Made by a program: the position numbers and the translations under genes. A stretch of DNA of 64,000 bases from Malacoraja senta. Lineage: Eukaryota. The stretch spans positions 1-64,000 of the forward strand of contig JAXLNO010000076.1 in NCBI GenBank assembly GCA_038087875.1, in the 5' to 3' direction. Shown here piece by piece: positions 60,701-64,000 of this stretch. A model generated the notes under the pieces. It made no database searches, was not told the origin of the DNA, and saw only the letters and a program-made list of their open reading frames with translations. The first letter of the stretch is position 1, and every line of letters starts with the position of its first letter.

Positions 60701-62999
60701 CAAGTTATTGTTTTCATGGTGATTTGGAAATCCTTCACAGCACAAAAATATTTAGCAGCATGTTTATTGGTTATTGAGTCAATAGAGATTAATTTTGTTC
60801 AATTTTTGCTATTCAAAGTTAGGCAAAGAGCTACATGAGTTTTTATAACTGATATGGGATATTCAGGATAAAAATGAAAGGCTAGACATAAAGCAGTGAA
60901 GCTGTTCATTATTTTTAAAGAGAGATACGGTCATAGTGCACCCAAACCTATGTGTAACATAGATCAACTTTTGCTCATGGGTTCACTTGGCATTTTTCTT
61001 TCTTGACTCTGTACAAGCTGGAAAGGGTGCAGAGAAGATTTACGAGGATGTTGCCAGGACTCGAGGGCCTGAGTTATAGGGAGAGGTTGAGCAGGCTAGG
61101 ATACTATTCCTTGGATTGCAGGATGATGAGGGGGTGATCTTATAGAGGTGTACAAAATCATGAGAGGAATAGATTGGGTAAACGCACAGAGTCTCTTTCC
61201 CAGAGTAGGTGAATCAAGAACCAGAGGACATGGGTTTAAGGTGATGGGGGAAAGATTTAATAGGAACCTGAGGGGAAACAAAGGGTGGTGGATGTATGGA
61301 ATGAGCAGCCAGGGGAGGTAGTTGAGGCAGGAATGTTTAAGAAACATTTAGACAGGTGCATGGATTGGACAGGTTTAGAGGGATATGGACCAAATGCAGG
61401 CAGGAGGGACTAGTGTAGATGGGACATGTTGGTTGGTGTGGGCAAGTTGGGTCGAAGGGCCTGTTTCCACACTGTATGATTTTATGACTCTCTCTCTATG
61501 AATCTAGAGGTTAGAATTTACCAGTCATCAATTGTCCTCTAAAATTCTTCCAAGTGATCATTATTAAAGTTGTTAACTGAAAAGGTTGGCAATGAACGTA
61601 GAGTAACTAGGTTTAAAGGGAGGTAAATGGATGATCCTCTCTCTACCTTGTGCCTTAAGATACGTCAGATGCAGGTCACTGCATTGCAGTCAGGAGACAG
61701 CAATCTAATTGATCTTGTCATCCTTTTTGTGGGGATTCTAACCAATTGCATCTTCTTAATTAAAAAACAAAGCGCTGGAGGAACTCAATGGATCAGGCAG
61801 CATCTGTTGAGGGAATGGGCATTTTGGGTCAGGACCCTTCTTGCAGTCTGAAGAATGGAAACCCTTGCCAATTCATCTACAAAGCTGTACGGAGTGCGGG
61901 AGGAAACCAAAGATCTTGGAGAAAACGCATGCGGTCACGGGGAGAACGTACAAACTCCATACAGTCAAGATCGAACCTGTGTCTCTGTCGTTGTAAGCGC
62001 TGTAAGGCAGCAACTCTACCGCTGCGCCACCGTGCTGCCCAGATCTTTATGTTTCCTTCCTTTAAGTATGACCTTCAGTCTATTTCTGGAATTCATTTCA
62101 TTGTATCTTTTCAAACGCTGAGCGGCAGCATTTCCTTTGCAGGGGGATGTTTTCTAGCTGCCTTATCCGGAGAAGTGAAGCATAAACTGTTCTATTCTCT
62201 GTTGAGATAATTGCCTGACAATGCCAAGGAAATGATAGGTACTTCATAACTCATCAAGTCTGAATTAACATTTATTCACCAGTTTATATAATTTCAATCA
62301 AGGACTACTTATAGAAAAATACCATGATGTATTTAATTTGGGGGGTGGGGGGGGGGTGGCACAGGGGTGCAGCTGCTGGAGCTGCTGCCTCACAGTGCCA
62401 GAGACCCAGTCTTGGTGCTGTTAGTTTGGTGCTGTTTGTGTGGAGTTTGCACAATCTCCCTGTGTGAGTTTCCTTTGGGTGCTCCAGTTTCCTCCCACGT
62501 CATAGTCATAGATTAATACAGTGTGGAAACAGGCCTTTCGGCCCAACTCGCCCACACCGGCTAACAATGTCCCAGCTACCCTAGTCCCACCGGCCTGCGC
62601 TTGGTCCATAACTGTCCAAACCTGTCCTATCCATGTACCTGTCCAACTGTTTCTTAAACAATGTTTCTTAAACAAAAGTTTGTAGGTTACTTGGCTTCTG
62701 TAAAATTGTACCTCGTGTGTAAGGAATGGATGGGAAAATAGAATAACATAGAACTAGTGTAGAAGGGTCGGCATCAACTCAGTGGGCTGACGGGCCTGTT
62801 TCGTTGCTGTATCTCTAAACTAAATTGGTCCCATGATGTGTAGGAAAGAACTGCAGATGCTGGTTTAAATCGATCACAAAATGCTGGAGTAACTTAGCTG
62901 GACAGACCATAATGGTCAGGTGTTGAATGCTTCAAGGTTGGAGTTATAACCTGATCAACCTTGATAATTGAATGCAGTTAATAAATTCCTTGTTATTTA

Positions 63000-64000
63000 C
63001 TTTTTTTTTAATTTATTTTTTTTATTATTTTTTTATTTTTTTTATTTATTAGAAGTACATTACATTACAACCACATACATTAGTACTCGTCACTTATGTC
63101 TTCTTACAATTAATGTACTCCATTTATTTTTTACACTAGAAAAGGAAAAGATTGAAAGAAAGAAGAAAGTGAAGGAAAAAATGAGAGTGTAGAAAATGTG
63201 ACAACAAAAAAGGACGAAGACCCTATAAGAACAAAATTAAAAACAAAAGAAAAAGAGTTAAGAAATAGACCCTAGAAAAGAAAGAGAAAGAGAAAGAGGA
63301 AAAAGAGAGAAACAAATATTTTTATGAGCATTACGCAAATGGGACACACCAACTCTTCAACTATCATCCCCCCTTACCTGACCTCAATTTTTTTTTTAAA
63401 GGTACCTTTGCACCCTATATTTGTAATAATTCTATAAATGCAGACCACGTCAGGTGGAAGTCTTAAATGCAGACCACGTCTTAAATGTACAAATACCATC
63501 TACGGAGGGTATCAGAAGAGACTGGGAACAAGAGTTAGCTATTAAAATTTCAAAGGAAAGTTGGAATGAACACTTATTAAACGTGCATAAATGTTCGATT
63601 AATATACGACACACTTTAATACAATTTAAAATTTTACATAGATTATATTATTCGAAAACTAAAATTCATAAAATTTTCCCAAATGTATCATCTATTTGTG
63701 ATAAATGTCAATCCCAAGAAGCTACTCATTCGTTTTCTGTACAAAAATTCAAAAATTTTGGAATTAAATTTTTGAAATCTTTACAAAGTTATTTAAAATA
63801 AGACTGATACCCAAAGCAGAATGGATTATCTTCGGAATAACGGAAGATGGTCCAGAACTAAATGTGTTTCAAAAGAAACTAATAGACTATGGGTTAATAA
63901 CTGGAAAAAAGCTAATTCTAAAATTTTTGAAGAAGGCTCCAATACCAACTATAAACATGTGGATTTCAAATATGTTCGAAACATTACACCTAGAAGAGAT
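63000..64000. mobile_element. L1 insertion with inverted 5' segment (runs past window end)
   Basis: 63000-63451 is poly(T) + 3'UTR + last ORF2 codons (TWSAFIELLQI*) on minus. 63481-64000 is the immediately upstream ORF2 region (LNVQIPSTEGIRRDWEQ...LHLEE) on plus. Confidence 0.85.

Overview
This is eukaryotic, repeat-saturated genomic DNA, most likely from a cartilaginous fish. That is inferred from many HE1-type tRNA SINEs and the CR1, Rex1/Babar and Penelope fragments. No host gene could be identified; two weak exon candidates are noted. The window is a nested stack of transposons. It holds one apparently intact full-length L1 (minus, ~48191-54790, both ORFs open, TSD) and a near-identical 5'-truncated copy of it (~16012-16457). 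A decayed full-length L1 (plus) carries a complete DIRS1-type tyrosine-recombinase element in its inter-ORF spacer. A second, truncated DIRS is interrupted by a young intact Gypsy/Mag-like LTR element (203-bp LTRs, 5-bp TSD, 1399-codon gag-pol). Also present: an internally deleted BEL/Pao remnant, non-autonomous Helitrons, two Harbinger-type TIR elements, a 6.2-kb hAT-like shell full of other elements, and Penelope fragments with hammerhead-like motifs. The most unusual observations are (i) the DIRS sits at the centre of a reconstructed 13-7-13 inverted-repeat site resembling a recombinase target, (ii) an L1 with twin-priming-style 5' inversion at the window end, and (iii) a Helitron 5' module carrying a conserved GC-box/TATA/Inr cassette. 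I cannot show that any of this is a new biological system. All family calls come from motif recognition by eye, without database searches, and boundaries marked approximate may be off by tens of bases.
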